DNA of 35,145 bases, taken from contig NC_068983.1 of assembly GCF_001194135.2 (NCBI RefSeq), positions 14,162,908 through 14,198,052 of the forward strand. The letters are read 5' to 3'. The notes under the pieces were generated by a model. It was not told the DNA's origin. It saw only the letters and a program-made list of their open reading frames with translations, and searched no databases. This document shows, piece after piece, positions 23,355 through 35,145 of this stretch. The DNA comes from Octopus bimaculoides (lineage: Eukaryota). The number at the start of each line of letters is the position of its first letter. Position 1 is the first letter of the stretch. The translations under genes and the position numbers were made by a program.

Positions 23355-23486
23355 ACTAGTACTTCATTGGTCTCAAAAAGATTAAAGGCATAGTCAACCT
23401 GACCACGGTTGTGTTTGATCTTACAGGTACAAAGACGAGAAGAAATTCGGCGCTCGCTCTGGAAACTCAGCTGATTCGCCGCCTTG
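23355..23486 (-). mobile_element. old SINE family B copy
   Basis: AAAGATTAAAGGCATAGTCAACCT...ACAAAGACGAGAAGAAAT...GATTCGCCGCCTT aligns by eye to the reverse complement of the family B core and head. Confidence 0.6.
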
Positions 23487-23504
23487 TAGGTAATGCACTG
23501 GTTG

Positions 23505-23918
23505 CACACACACACACACACACACATGCGCGCACGCACACAGACTTATATATATATATGTGTGTGTATATATATATATATATATAAGCAGAAACGTTTC
23601 CAACCTTACTTTCACTTCTCTTTTCTTATATATATATATANNNNNNNNNNNNNNNNNNNNNNNNNNNNNNNNNNNNNNNNNNNNNNNNNNNNNNNNNNNN
23701 NNNNNNNNNNNNNNNNNNNNNNNNNNNNNNNNNNNNNNNNNNNNNNNNNNNNNNNNNNNNNNNNNNNNNNNNNNNNNNNNNNNNNNNNNNNNNNNNNNNN
23801 NNNNNNNNNNNNNNNNNNNNNNNNNNNNNNNNNNNNNNNNNNNNNNNNNNNNTATATGTATATATATATGTATATATATATGTATATATATATGTATATA
23901 TATATGTATATATATATG

Positions 23919-23987
<69 letters not shown>

Positions 23988-23992
23988 GTATG

Positions 23993-24041
<49 letters not shown>

Positions 24042-24110
24042 GTATGTATACATGTATACACAAGTACATACACACATGCACAAACAAACTCGCACACTCA
24101 CATATATGTA
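23505..24110. repeat. long (CA)n/(TA)n/(TATATATATATG)n microsatellite region with a gap
   Basis: Direct reading; source of the YI/IY ORFs. Confidence 0.92.
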
Positions 24111-24610
24111 TGAATGTATACCGAGGTTATTTTTACCGAAGAAGGGAATGCATTATTTCCTCGCACATTGCATTATCACGTGCACTTGGCTTATTTCTTT
24201 CTCTTGAAATGCAAATGCAAATCAATAAATTTAAAGTCGTTGCTGTTGTTTAGCAACGTACCAGTCTCCATCGAGCAGATTTATGCAGAAAGGCATTCCA
24301 CCTCTTATCATCTCGTCTTTTCTTATACCCAGGTTCTAAATTACGCATTATCAAATGTCTCCTTTCTTTTATAAGATGGTAGGGAGAATTTGTTGATTTA
24401 TTCTCGTAATATGTTAAACGATCACTTGTCGTTGGAATCTAAACTAATTTCGGATGCAGTTGCTTGTATATGGCCTTGAACACGGTGCAAGTATTAGAAT
24501 AATACCGACATTGTATGTACTCCGATTCAACTGCTGGTTTTCAAAGAAACATCGTAGACCGTATCTAAGAAAAAGTTATATGCCTGATTGCCAAAATTTA
24601 CTCACAAACC

Positions 24611-25012
24611 CTTTTACTTGTTTCAGTCATTTGACTGTGGCCATGCTGGAGCACCGCCTTTAGTCGAGGAAATCGACCCCAGGACTTATTCTTTGTAAGC
24701 CGAGTACTTATTCTATCGGTCTCTTTTGCCGAACCGTTAAGTTACGAGAGCGTAAACACACCAGCATCGGTTGTCAGGCGATGTTAGGGGGAAAAACACA
24801 GACACTCAAACACACACACACACACACACATATATACATATATATACATAACGGGCTTCTTTCCGTTTCCATCTACTAAATCCACTCACAAGGCTTTGGT
24901 CGGCCCGAGGCTATAGTAGAAGACACTTGCCAAAGGTGCCACGCAGTGGGAATGAACCCGGAACCATGTGGCTGGTAAGCAAGTTACTTACCACACAGCC
25001 ACTCCTGCGCCT
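24611..25012 (-). mobile_element. SINE family A, full-length reference copy (~400 bp)
   Basis: Complete reverse complement from head (rc AGGCGCAGGAGTGGCTGTGTGGTAAG) through the internal (TA)/(TG) tract to the tail (rc ...GACTGAAACAAGTAAAAG). Confidence 0.93.
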
Positions 25013-25365
25013 ACGGTGACAATCACTTGGCCTTTGATATCACTTTTTCCAACTCTGCCTCAACAAATAACATTAAAGCTTCTACCCTCTGAACTAAGAA
25101 ACTGCCCGTTTCCTCTACCTCAGCTCACACTTTATCTTTTCTCCTCTATACTTCGTCTCCATTGGATCTTATCTGGAAACCTTGCACTAGCTTCCTTTTA
25201 TTTTCTAAAACGTCAGCCCACCTCCACCAATTTACTTTCTATTAACGTTGTTGGTGCTTATCTTCCTATCAGCCTTGATCGAATAAACTCCAAGTTAATG
25301 GCATTCCAGTAATGCTCATTCTAACATATTTTCAGGCATAATTTCACTACCGCTATCTTGTGATA

Positions 25366-25705
25366 AGACGGCGATTCGTGGCTTCGTGGTTAGAACGTCG
25401 GGCTAATAATCATGCGGTAGTGAGTTCGATTCCCGGACTGGGCAGTGTGTGTGTTCTTGAGCAAGACATTTTATTTTCACATTGCTCCAGTTTACTCATC
25501 GATAGAAGTGAGTTGCGACGTCACTGGTGCCAAGCTGTATCGGCCTTTGCTTTTCCTTTGGACAGCATCAGTGGATTGGAGAAGGGAGGATGGTATGCAT
25601 GCTGGTCTTCCGCAGTGAACCTTAAGCGTACTTGTGCCTCGGAGGGTAACTTTCTAGGTGAAATCCCATGGTCATTCATGACCGAAGGGGGTCTTTGACC
25701 TTTTC
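25366..25705 (+). mobile_element. CORE-like SINE, family C (tail type 2)
   Basis: A-box-like TGGCTTCGTGG, B-box GAGTTCGATTCC and CORE-like TTCTTGAGCAAGACATTTTATTTTCACATTGCTCCAGTTTACTCA. The 3' half (...CATGACCGAAGGGGGTCTT) is unlike the tail at 15291-15609. Confidence 0.72.
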
Positions 25706-26594
25706 CTTGTAATACAAGTCGTGCTTCCCTTTTTAAGACGGCACGTGTGATACACGGGTAATTTGGAAGCAATTCCTGTCAGGCCGAGTAATATCATAAA
25801 GGTGTCCACGTAGGGCTTCTTCTGATCATGATTTAACTATAGACATCAATGAGAAGAACTCAAAACAACGCTAAACTTGGTAGAAATAGCAGTAAAATCT
25901 TCCTAATATCGCGCCCTACTGTCTAAGAAAAGGACATTCTAGGAAATGTGGCCTTCGGTTCCATGAGCAAAAGAAAAGGTTGTTGAAATGCGTTTGATTA
26001 ATTCTGAACTAGAGTTATGGAAGGACAAGAACAAGAAGAAAAACAACTAAAAGAAGTTCAAGTTGAACATTAATTACATCAAAATTACAAAATGGAGTGG
26101 CCTGTAAAAATCACACTTTCCGTTCCTTTTAGTTCAAAATTAAAAAAAAACAAAAAAAAAAAAACGCCAAGCGAACACGTAGATCATAAAACCACCAGTC
26201 GATTCCAAGTTCCAGCTATCGTGCAAAGCTGATTGTTTCTAAACTGGCGTCTTCTCCCACCACGCCTAAACCTTTTAACATTCCTCTTTTAGCCGTCTAT
26301 TATAGCAAGATAGCTCTCGGGCTCACCATCTCATTGGTTTAATATCTGTAAGATAATAGAAACGAATATACAAACATGAACCAAACCAAATGGGAATACT
26401 TACTTAAAATTATTTGTTCCGCCAGAAGAGGAAAAGAAGCACCCATAACTTGCTTTAATGCCTTTGAGACGGTTGCAAGGAAGGAAGGAAGGAAAATATC
26501 CTCAGACCGGCGACCTTGTGCAAATTGCAGACTGACTGGAAAACAAAAGTACTGAGAAGTGTAGATTAAGCATACCAGTTATGAACAAAAATTG

Positions 26595-26725
26595 TGTGCG
26601 GGCTTCGACATAATTTCCGCCTACTAAATTCCATGCATAAGTCTTTGGCCGACTTGTTCATAGTGTGATCGAGCCCAAAATGACGTAGATGTGAGGTAAA
26701 CTTCTTAAACCCTACAGACATGTCT
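26595..26725 (-). mobile_element. old, internally deleted SINE family A-like copy
   Basis: CGGGCTTC...ATTTCCGCCTACTAAATTCC...TCTTTGGCCGAC and AAACTTCTTAAACCCTACAGACATG match the reverse complement of the family A body and head. Confidence 0.55.
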
Positions 26726-26816
26726 GGGCCTTGTTTACATAACCTAAGAATAATGGTTATATATCTTAAGAACCAACAATATCGCACCGATGTTATTCGT
26801 GAAACGTACACAATAA

Positions 26817-26991
26817 GCGCAGGCATGGCTAGGTGGTTGAAGAGCTCGCTTGCAACCACGTGAGTTCGAGTTCAGTCGTACTGCACGGTACCTTGGGCAA
26901 GTGTCTTCTACTATAGCCCTGGACCGACAAATGCTTTGTGAGTGAATTTGGTAGACAGAAATTGTGTGAAAGCTCATCGTAAATATGCATT

Positions 26992-27031
<40 letters not shown>

Positions 27032-27197
27032 TTTGTGTTTGTGTGTCTTTGTGTTTGTGCGTTGTTACCCATCTAAGTTTGACAACTAGTCTTGGTGTGT
27101 TTACATCCCCTTAATTTAGCGGTTCAGCAAATGAAACCGATAGAATAAGTACTAGACTTCAAAAAATAAGTATTGGGATCGATCTGTTAAACTAAAA
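26817..27197 (+). mobile_element. SINE family A (older subfamily)
   Basis: GCGCAGGCATGGCTAGGTGG...CCTTGGGCAAGTGTCTTCTACTATAGCC...(TG)n...TTAGCGGTTCAGCAAATGAAACCGATAGAATAAGTAC. Confidence 0.85.
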
Positions 27198-27839
27198 CAC
27201 TCACTTCATGGCGGATCCGTAGAATGGCCGGGCCCATGAGCCTGGCTAGGCTTTGAAAGGGCGCACAAAACCCACCCNNNNNNNNNNNNNNNNNNNNNNN
27301 NNNNNNNNNNNNNNNNNNNNNNNNNNNNNNNNNNNNNNACCACCGCTGACACCACCACCGCCGCCACCACAACCATTGCCGCCGTCGCCACCGCCACTAC
27401 CACCCACCACCACCATATCTGTCACCACTGTCACCGCTACCAGTATTTCTACTGCGACGTCCATCACCGCAAACCTCCAGCTATGACATTCAGCTATTAC
27501 AACGTCCTGCTGCTGCAGCCATTACTTCTTGCCCATCGAAACTTTTCAGTGCTCTCCACTTAAAATACATCCCACATTATCCTTTCCTCTACCCTTTCCC
27601 ATAGATTCTATGATATCCAAGAGATTATTGTATAGATTACGCACAAGAGAAAGGGTAGCGCTCACGAATTCTTTTTACAGAATCTCTGAATAAACAAGAG
27701 ACATGGTTCTAATGCTTGTAACGGACTGATTCCAGTAAATACAGCCAAACAATGAATTTGTATTTGATTTTTACATGCACACATATAGAAACCAACGCAT
27801 GCATGCACATACACATACAGTCAGAAACGCATACATTAC

Positions 27840-28003
27840 AACGGTTTTCTGCAGAGAAATTTTCCTGACAAAGCATTAGTCAACTCGATGCTTATATACA
27901 CAAGACACTTGCCCAAAGTCTTTCAAGTCTTTCACAGTGAAATCAAATCAGGAATCCCATGATAAGACAACGAATTCTTTAACCACACAGCCTTGCATGT
28001 GCC
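27840..28003 (-). mobile_element. old SINE family A-like 5' half
   Basis: AAGACACTTGCCCAAAG...TTCTTTAACCACACAGCCTTGCATGTGCC matches the reverse complement of the family A head. Confidence 0.55.
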
Positions 28004-28900
28004 CCAAAACATATATAACTCCACCAATTAAATTATACATATATAACTTCCCGAATTAATTCTATTACTTTACCTTTCAATCATTAACTATTTAATCAGT
28101 TAAGATGTCTTTTATTTTCTATTAGCTCTAAGAAAATACCGTTGTCTATAGATTAATTGGAACTGAAATTACATGATTTTGTTTACGGTTTCATAAAGCT
28201 TTTAAAGTCCATTTAAAGAGATAAATTCTGTTCCAAGAACATCGTATGGTTTTACATTTCCCTACATCAATACAGAATATTGAATTTATCATTCGTCTCT
28301 TAATGCCGTGGTAAACTCTTGTATTTTAAATTAAAAGAACTTACTATTCCTGGCTCGAAACGAAGAGTTCATTTGAAATGTTAATGCAATATTTGTTTAA
28401 CAAGTTATTCACTTAGCAAGTTCATTTGTCCATTTAAGTTGCCAAACTTAAAAGCCACCGAAGACTCATAGCTTTACAAAACTTGTTGCTTTTGCAATCT
28501 TGTTGACCTTCTCTTTCTTTTACTTTCATCCTTCTCTCTTCTCTCTCTTTTCATTTCTATCTCTTTTCGCACCTCTTGGAATCTTTATTTTCCTCTTCGT
28601 CGGTCAATATCTCTTGCTATATACACTCATGGGTCTATATGTATATTTATACCTACTAAATACGCAATCACTCATATACCTATAAGTACACACAGACACA
28701 CACACATACTAGCAGAGTACCCGGCATTGTTCAAGGAAGAAAGGAGCTGTAAAACGTAAATGAATTAAACTAGTAAAAGTAAATTAATAGAATGAAAAAA
28801 TTTGTCTACTTCAAAATTCTCAAAAAATAGAAGACAAGATTAAGTTAATCTAAATGCTATCTTATAAAAATTTGAAACTAATATCGAAATAATGTGATAT

Positions 28901-29080
28901 AGGCGTAGAAGTGGCTGTGTGGTAAGTAGCTTGCTTACCAACCACATGGTTCCGGGTTCATTCCCACTGCGTGGCACGTTGGGCAAGTGTCTTCTACTAT
29001 AGCCTCAGGCCGACCAAAGCCTTGTCAGTGGATCTGGTAGACGGAAACTGAAAGAAGCCCGTCGTATATATGCATATATA

Positions 29081-29136
<56 letters not shown>

Positions 29137-29207
29137 TCCCCCGTAACATCGCTTGACAACCGATGCTGGTGTGTTTACATCCCCGTAATTTAGCGGTTCG
29201 GCATAAA
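28901..29207 (+). mobile_element. SINE family A, young-looking, 3'-truncated
   Basis: Near-consensus head with A/B boxes and internal (TG)n; homology ends after TTAGCGGTTCGGCA. Confidence 0.92.
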
Positions 29208-29609
29208 ATCTCCGCTACATGTAATCGATACCATATCATTCAGTGTGCTCCAAAAGAAAGAATACAGTTATACCCAGGCTATCCACTCCTACGAAGATAT
29301 GTGCTCGTTCGAACACCTAAGATATATCGAGTATCGTGAGGATAAGAAAATGTTGAGAATTGTCAAGGTTATAATAGCCACAGATCTAATCCCATATAAG
29401 CAGGGATTCGCCGTGATTCTTAATATCTTTTATTTTTCATGGCAGTTCCAATATTTGGATGTATGCTTCCTCTAGACACCTCACTTTCCAAATGTTGTAA
29501 CGATAAGTCTATTTCTATGAATTATTTACCTTTCCGACACTCTGGGCTTCTGTTCTTGTTTCAAATTACTCTTAGAATTGAAGGATTTCATGAATAATCT
29601 CTTTTACAC

Positions 29610-29704
29610 TTTTACTTGTTTCAGTCATTTGACTGCAGCCATGCAGTGGGACTGAACCCTGAACCATGTGCTTGGTAAGCAAGCCACTTACTACACAGCC
29701 ACTC
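29610..29704 (-). mobile_element. SINE family A mini-derivative (tail fused to head)
   Basis: The tail segment TTTTACTTGTTTCAGTCATTTGACTGCAGCCATGC is joined directly to the head segment AGTGGGACTGAACC...CACAGCCACTC. Confidence 0.85.
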
Positions 29705-29729
29705 ATATATATATATATATATATATATT

Positions 29730-29763
<34 letters not shown>

Positions 29764-30352
29764 NNNNNNNNNNNNNNNNNNNNNNNNNNNNNNNNNNNNN
29801 NNNNNNNNNNNNNNNNNNNNNNNNNNNNNNNNNNNNNNNNNNNNNNNNNNNNNNNNNNNNNNNNNNNNNNNNNNNNNNNNNNNNNNNNNNNNNNNNNNNN
29901 NNNNNNNNNNNNNNNNNNNNNNNNNNNNNNNNNNNNNNNNNNNNNNNNNNNNNNNNNNNNNNNNNNNNNNNNNNNNNNNNNNNNNNNNNNNNNNNNNNNN
30001 NNNNNNNNNNNNNNNNNNNNNNNNNNNNNNNNNNNNNNNNNNNNNNNNNNNNNNNNNNNNNNNNNNNNNNNNNNNNNNNNNNNNNNNNNNNNNNNNNNNN
30101 NNNNNNNNNNNNNNNNNNNNNNNNNNNNNNNNNNNNNNNNNNNNNNNNNNNNNNNNNNNNNNNNNNNNNNNNNNNNNNNNNNNNNNNNNNNNNNNNNNNN
30201 NNNNNNNNNNNNNNNNNNNNNNNNNNNNNNNNNNNNNNNNNNNNNNNNNNNNNNTTAAACAACATCATTCAGAATTTTGTACCTGGGTAGTCAATGTATT
30301 ATGTAATGCGTTTATTGCTTATATAAGACCGAAATCATAGATACAATATTAT

Positions 30353-30573
30353 TTTCTATTCTTTTCTACTCTAGGCACACGGCCCGAAATTTTTGCGGAG
30401 TAGGCCAGTCGATTAGATCGACTCCAGGACGCAACTGGTGCTTAATTTATCGACCCTGAAAGGATGAAAGGCAAAGTCGACCTTGGCGGAATTTGAACTC
30501 AAAACGTATCGGCAGACGAAATACCGCTAAGCATTTCGCCCGGCGTGCGAACGTTTTTGCCAGCTCGCGATAA
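30353..30573 (-). mobile_element. SINE family B (tail type 2) with a 12-bp TSD
   Basis: Reverse complement of the family B head, core and tail, flanked by ATACAATATTAT at 30341-30352 and 30574-30585. Confidence 0.9.
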
Positions 30574-30777
30574 ATACAATATTATAGCATTCGTTGGTTG
30601 TCTGGCGTCATGTGAGAGAAACAAAATCTGTGTAACGATGCTTTATGCTGTAACAATGTCTTGGGGCCTATTGGTGGAAGGCCTTTAATTTGGCTGAAGA
30701 GTCAGCAGAGTTTTTTCTCAAGATGGCTGTGGTTCAGAAGTGACCTATAGAAATGGCAGTACCGCAAAAGCTATGTA

Positions 30778-30851
<74 letters not shown>

Positions 30852-30880
30852 CATACATACATACATACATACATACATAC

Positions 30881-31042
30881 TGTTATGTCTCAAGCTACTG
30901 CTATCTAGCACCTTCGGATGATCTCTACTCAACCACTACATAACTGCTACTCGACTGCTACTCGACTGCTACTCAGCCAGACTACCTCTATTTATATGTC
31001 TTGGGACATCTTACGTCTTCGCCTGGGGGCGTAGGCACAACA
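30881..31042 (-). mobile_element. 162-bp solo-LTR/TRIM-like element (second copy)
   Basis: TGTTATGTC...GGCACAACA termini. The first 46 bp are identical to 834-879. It is flanked by CATAC (30876-30880 and 31043-31047, within a CATA microsatellite). TATAAATA lies on the minus strand at 30989-30996. Confidence 0.75.
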
Positions 31043-32372
31043 CATACATACATACATGTATACATACGTGCGTGTGTATATACATAAATAAGCATTTATA
31101 TGTTTATATCTATATACCTATACATGTATACGTATATGTGTGTGGGTGTATGTATGCCTTATGTTTCCGTTATCACGTTGACACTTGTCACTTCTGAATA
31201 ATTTACTGGCGTTCACGGAAAGGCATTTGCAAACGTTTCCATATTTCAATGTGTTTATTCTAAACCAGTCCTCAACCGTATGTTTTTGTTTTATGCAAGT
31301 TGATTAATGATTATACCATGCCTGCATTTCATATAAGTTTTACGTTTTATAACATTTCCCAAAAATCTATATACTTTGTGACCAACAGTTTTTATCGCTG
31401 TGTCTAACGAAAGTTAATCATTCATACATTCATTTTATTTTTGTCTTACAAATGATAATAAGCAAAATGAGAAGCGCAATTTATTACGTTTTAATTACTC
31501 TGAATATTACCCACCAATAATTTCATGATAAATATTCACTTCTTCAAGTATCGTTATTTTATAAAAGTACAAGAACTACACTCATATACATCTACAAAAA
31601 ATAGGAACGACAGCGAATTTAATCATTTCGCCAGAGACTACTTTCTATGCAAATTTAACTGTGATGGTTTTCAACATTTCTCCTTTCCTTACTTAGCAAT
31701 ATCTCACATCATCATCATCATCATCATCATGGTCATATCATCATCGTAATCATTATTATTATTATTATTATTGTTGCTGTACCTTCTTATCCGTTTTCCA
31801 ATATAAACTCTAAATTGGAAAGAGACACACTTTTTTTTTGTTTTTAGAAAAAGTAATAAGATCAAGAACAAAATAAATTATAAATAAACTCAACAAAAGC
31901 CAAAAAAAAAAAACAAAAAAAAAACTGCAAATTTTCAATAAAGTTTCGCGTTATTCTGTATACTTATTTATTCATTTATTAACATTTCCTGAACTGAAAA
32001 AACTACAAGAACTAATTACTCTTTAATTTATCACTGTCTGGATCATGGAAAAGTCAACAAAGAAGAACTATATTAGTCTTCCATAAAAATATACATGATT
32101 CTTGAATATTAAAATTCTTGCTCTCTTTATGTTTTATTCTTTATGTTTTGGTTTCGTGATTATATTCTCACTTTAAAGAACTTCATTACAAACTGAAATA
32201 TTCAAAAAGGAATCATAATCAGACAAGTGTGTTACAAGTAGACATCTTGTTGTTGCTAATGTTGTTGTTGTTTAGTCCCAGGTCGCTTCCGATCAAGAAA
32301 ATAAAAGCCGTTATAAACAGAACGCTGTGTAAAGTAGACCTTTTTCCTATGTCTTTTCCCCTATATTTACAT

Positions 32373-32758
32373 AGGCGCAGGCGTGGCTGTGTGGTAGGGA
32401 ACTTTCTTCCAAACCGCATGGCACCTTGGGCAAGTGTTTTCTACTATACCCTCGGGCTGACCAAAGCCTTGGGAGTGGATTTGGTAGACGGAAACTGAAA
32501 GAAGCCTGTCGTATATATGTATATATGTATATATCTATATGTGCATGTGTCTTTGTGTCTGTGTTTGTCCTCCACCACCGCTTGACAATCGGTTTGCTGT
32601 GTTTACGTTCTCGTAACATAGCGGTTCGGCAAAAGCTAAACGGTAAAATAAGTACTAAGCTTACAAAGAATGTCTTAGTGTCGATTTAAATCCATCCAAG
32701 GCAGTGCTCCAGCACAACTAAAGTCAAATGACTGAAGCAAGTAAAAAAATAAAAGAAT
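32373..32758 (+). mobile_element. SINE family A lacking the B-box
   Basis: Full head-to-tail colinearity except for a ~25-bp deletion at CATGG|CACC (32417-32421). Confidence 0.85.
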
Positions 32759-32767
32759 ATATATGTA

Positions 32768-33522
32768 TTGGATCATCCCATAACTAATGCGTTTTTTTCA
32801 ATTGCATGAACTAAAAGTTGGAGGAGGATGGGATAAACTACCTGCATCAACTTGCAAGTAGTAATTTTATTTTGTCTTTATCCTTAGTGAAAATTTTGAA
32901 GAAAATTTTTTCGAAGCTAAAATGGAGATGACAAAGGAGCGTATTCGGCATATTTTGCTTTGATAACGAATTCAATAACGGTAACAACGTAACAGAAAGT
33001 GCGAGGAATATTAATGCAGTATATGGGGATCGGACAATAAGTGTAAGCCAGTGTCAACGATGCTTCCAGAAATTCCAAGCCGAAGACTACAGCCTAGAAG
33101 ACGAGCCTCGTCCTGGAATATCTGTAGAGTTCGACGAGCACGTCTTGCAAACCCTGGTGGAAAAAAATTCCATCGTAACTGTTGAGGAACTAGCAGAGAA
33201 GCTTGGTCATTCAACCATTCATCGACACCTGTGTGTCATCGGAAAAGTCATCAAATTAGGCCAATGGATTCCTCACAAACGTTCCGGGTCTAATCGCGCT
33301 CAGAGAGTGAATGTGTGTTCTTCCTTGCTGTCACGTCTCACAAATGAACGTTTTGTAGACCGAATAGGGACTGGTGACGAGAAATAGGTTCTCTATAAAA
33401 ATGTCAAGCGCCGAAGACAGCGGGTAGGGAAAGGAGAAACACTGGCACCCCAGGCTACAGAAGGCCTTCACCCACGTAAGGTGTTATTATCTGTTAGGTG
33501 GGGTATGAAAGTCCATTTTGAA
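32768..33522 (+). mobile_element. mariner relic: left TIR plus N-terminal part of the transposase, 3'-truncated
   Basis: TA followed by TTGGATCATCCCATAACTAATGCG. ATG at 32922 gives MEMTKERIRHILL..., FQKFQAEDYSLEDEPRPG, LGQWIPH, DRIGTGDEK, VLYKNVKRRRQ and LHPRKVLLSVRWGMKVHFE, with frameshifts and stops. Confidence 0.9.
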
Positions 33523-33796
33523 CATTTGTGCGTTTTGTGCTTTAAAAGTATGTACTGTAAGCAAGAGCGAGTGGCTGCAATTTCTAGCCGGCGGTTGTCC
33601 TGTACCGAAGAAGTGAAATTACCCAGAAACCAGTGGTCTACAGGTATCGCTACGACTAGTAAGGGAGCAGTAGACTTTCTTGCGCACAGTATACAGACAC
33701 AGATCATGTGTCGGTAGCCAGTTGTAAAAGATATTCTCCTGGGGCTAAAAAGTAGTAACATCTTCCTGAGACTTTGCGTTGGCAAATAAAATTTAC

Positions 33797-33896
<100 letters not shown>

Positions 33897-34257
33897 TATA
33901 CATAGGTAGCTGTATACACATACATACAAACACACACACATACATACGCATATATATGTGTATGTATGTATATACAATACATACACAGATATGCGAAATA
34001 CTACTGTCATTTAGAAATATAATTAATGTTTGATATTTGGGGCGTTGATCAAGCATATGTAAAAATAAAGTCTCATGCAAACAAAGAAAATATACTAGTT
34101 GTATTTATTCCCGCTGTAATATGAAATACATTATATTTTAAATACTAAACTAACTTGAAGACATTATTGCTAACTACAAAACTATTATACTTCGATATCA
34201 TTTAATAATGAAGTAAACGTTTAGCTTGTTAAATAAAACAGGTTATAAGCTTAGCGA

Positions 34258-34299
34258 GAATATTATAGAATATAATTATTACTCATCTATCTATCTATG

Positions 34300-34337
<38 letters not shown>

Positions 34338-34450
34338 ACTAATTACACACACACACGCGCACACACACGCGCACACACNNNNNNNNNNNNNNNNNNNNNN
34401 NNNNNNNNNNNNNNNNNNNNNNNNNNNNNNNNNNNNNNNNNNNNNNNNNN

Positions 34451-34509
<59 letters not shown>

Positions 34510-34518
34510 ACACACACG
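34258..34518. repeat. (ATCT)n and (CA)n microsatellites with a gap
   Basis: Direct reading. Confidence 0.9.
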
Positions 34519-35145
34519 TTCTGTTTAAGTAATTTAAGCATGTCACGTTTTCCGCAGCGAATCCTATTGTCACGTTTTCTTTGACGTAACATTCACATTG
34601 ACTTTTCTGATATTAATTTCTAACGTAGCACAAGCCGTTAAGTTTATTGCTAAACAAAACTTCGATGACATTTAGCAAAAGAATTCTGCAGGCAAACTTC
34701 TCTTGCTTTCTTTTATGATGATAGGTAGAATGACTTTATCAGAACAAGTAATATCGACGTGTATGATTATTGACAGTATCTATCCGTCCCTATAACAACA
34801 TATAATATATCGTTGAAGGACAGGGTTGTATTCCAACGTGCTTTATCTTAGAGTGAGAGAATTTATCACAATGTGTATTCGCATATTCTCATAGACAGAG
34901 GAGTGTTCTGTCGCAACGTGCAGTGCGTTTGATGAGTAAAGGGCCTCTATCATAACATGTATTATTGTTGGAAAAATCGGGTACCACAAAGTGTGCTATC
35001 GTTGATGGGGCTCCATTCAGTATTTCAGTCTATCAAGTGAATACGAGAATCCAATTGTATCTTTCTTACAGTACGATATACATCTCCTTATGCGGAGGAC
35101 ACCCCACCATTCAGATTTATTATATATATATATATATATATATAT

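Noticed and set aside
23421-24253. Long YI/IY-repeat ORFs (also the HT/CV ORFs elsewhere)
   Set aside because: Translations of (TA)n and (CA)n microsatellites and gaps.
25030-25312. C/T-rich ORF with INVVGAYLP resembling a LINE endonuclease strand
   Set aside because: Only a single weak motif; no GDFN or SDH context.
27207-27277. GC-rich ATGGCGGATCC... segment resembling a MITE terminus
   Set aside because: It runs into a gap, with no partner terminus or second copy visible.

Overview
This is a repeat-saturated, AT-rich metazoan genomic window with 12 N-gaps, mostly next to microsatellites. The SINE families and microsatellite density suggest an octopus or other coleoid draft assembly; that is recalled from sequence familiarity, not searched. 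I found no intact host gene or RNA gene, and most ORFs in the supplied track are microsatellite or gap artefacts. What can be supported is a transposable-element graveyard: three different mariner relics, a Helitron Rep relic, a 5'-truncated RTE-clade LINE nested inside one mariner, two highly decayed Penelope-like (RT plus GIY-YIG) copies not visible in the ORF track, a probable hAT relic, about 19 tRNA-derived SINE copies in three head/core groups with swapped tails, and two ~165-bp TGTT...AACA elements each with its own 5-bp target-site duplication (solo-LTR/TRIM-like). I see no convincing evidence of a wholly new biological system. The best leads are the short LTR-like family, the hidden Penelope copies, modular SINE architecture, closely spaced inverted SINEs and a few weak minus-strand exon candidates.
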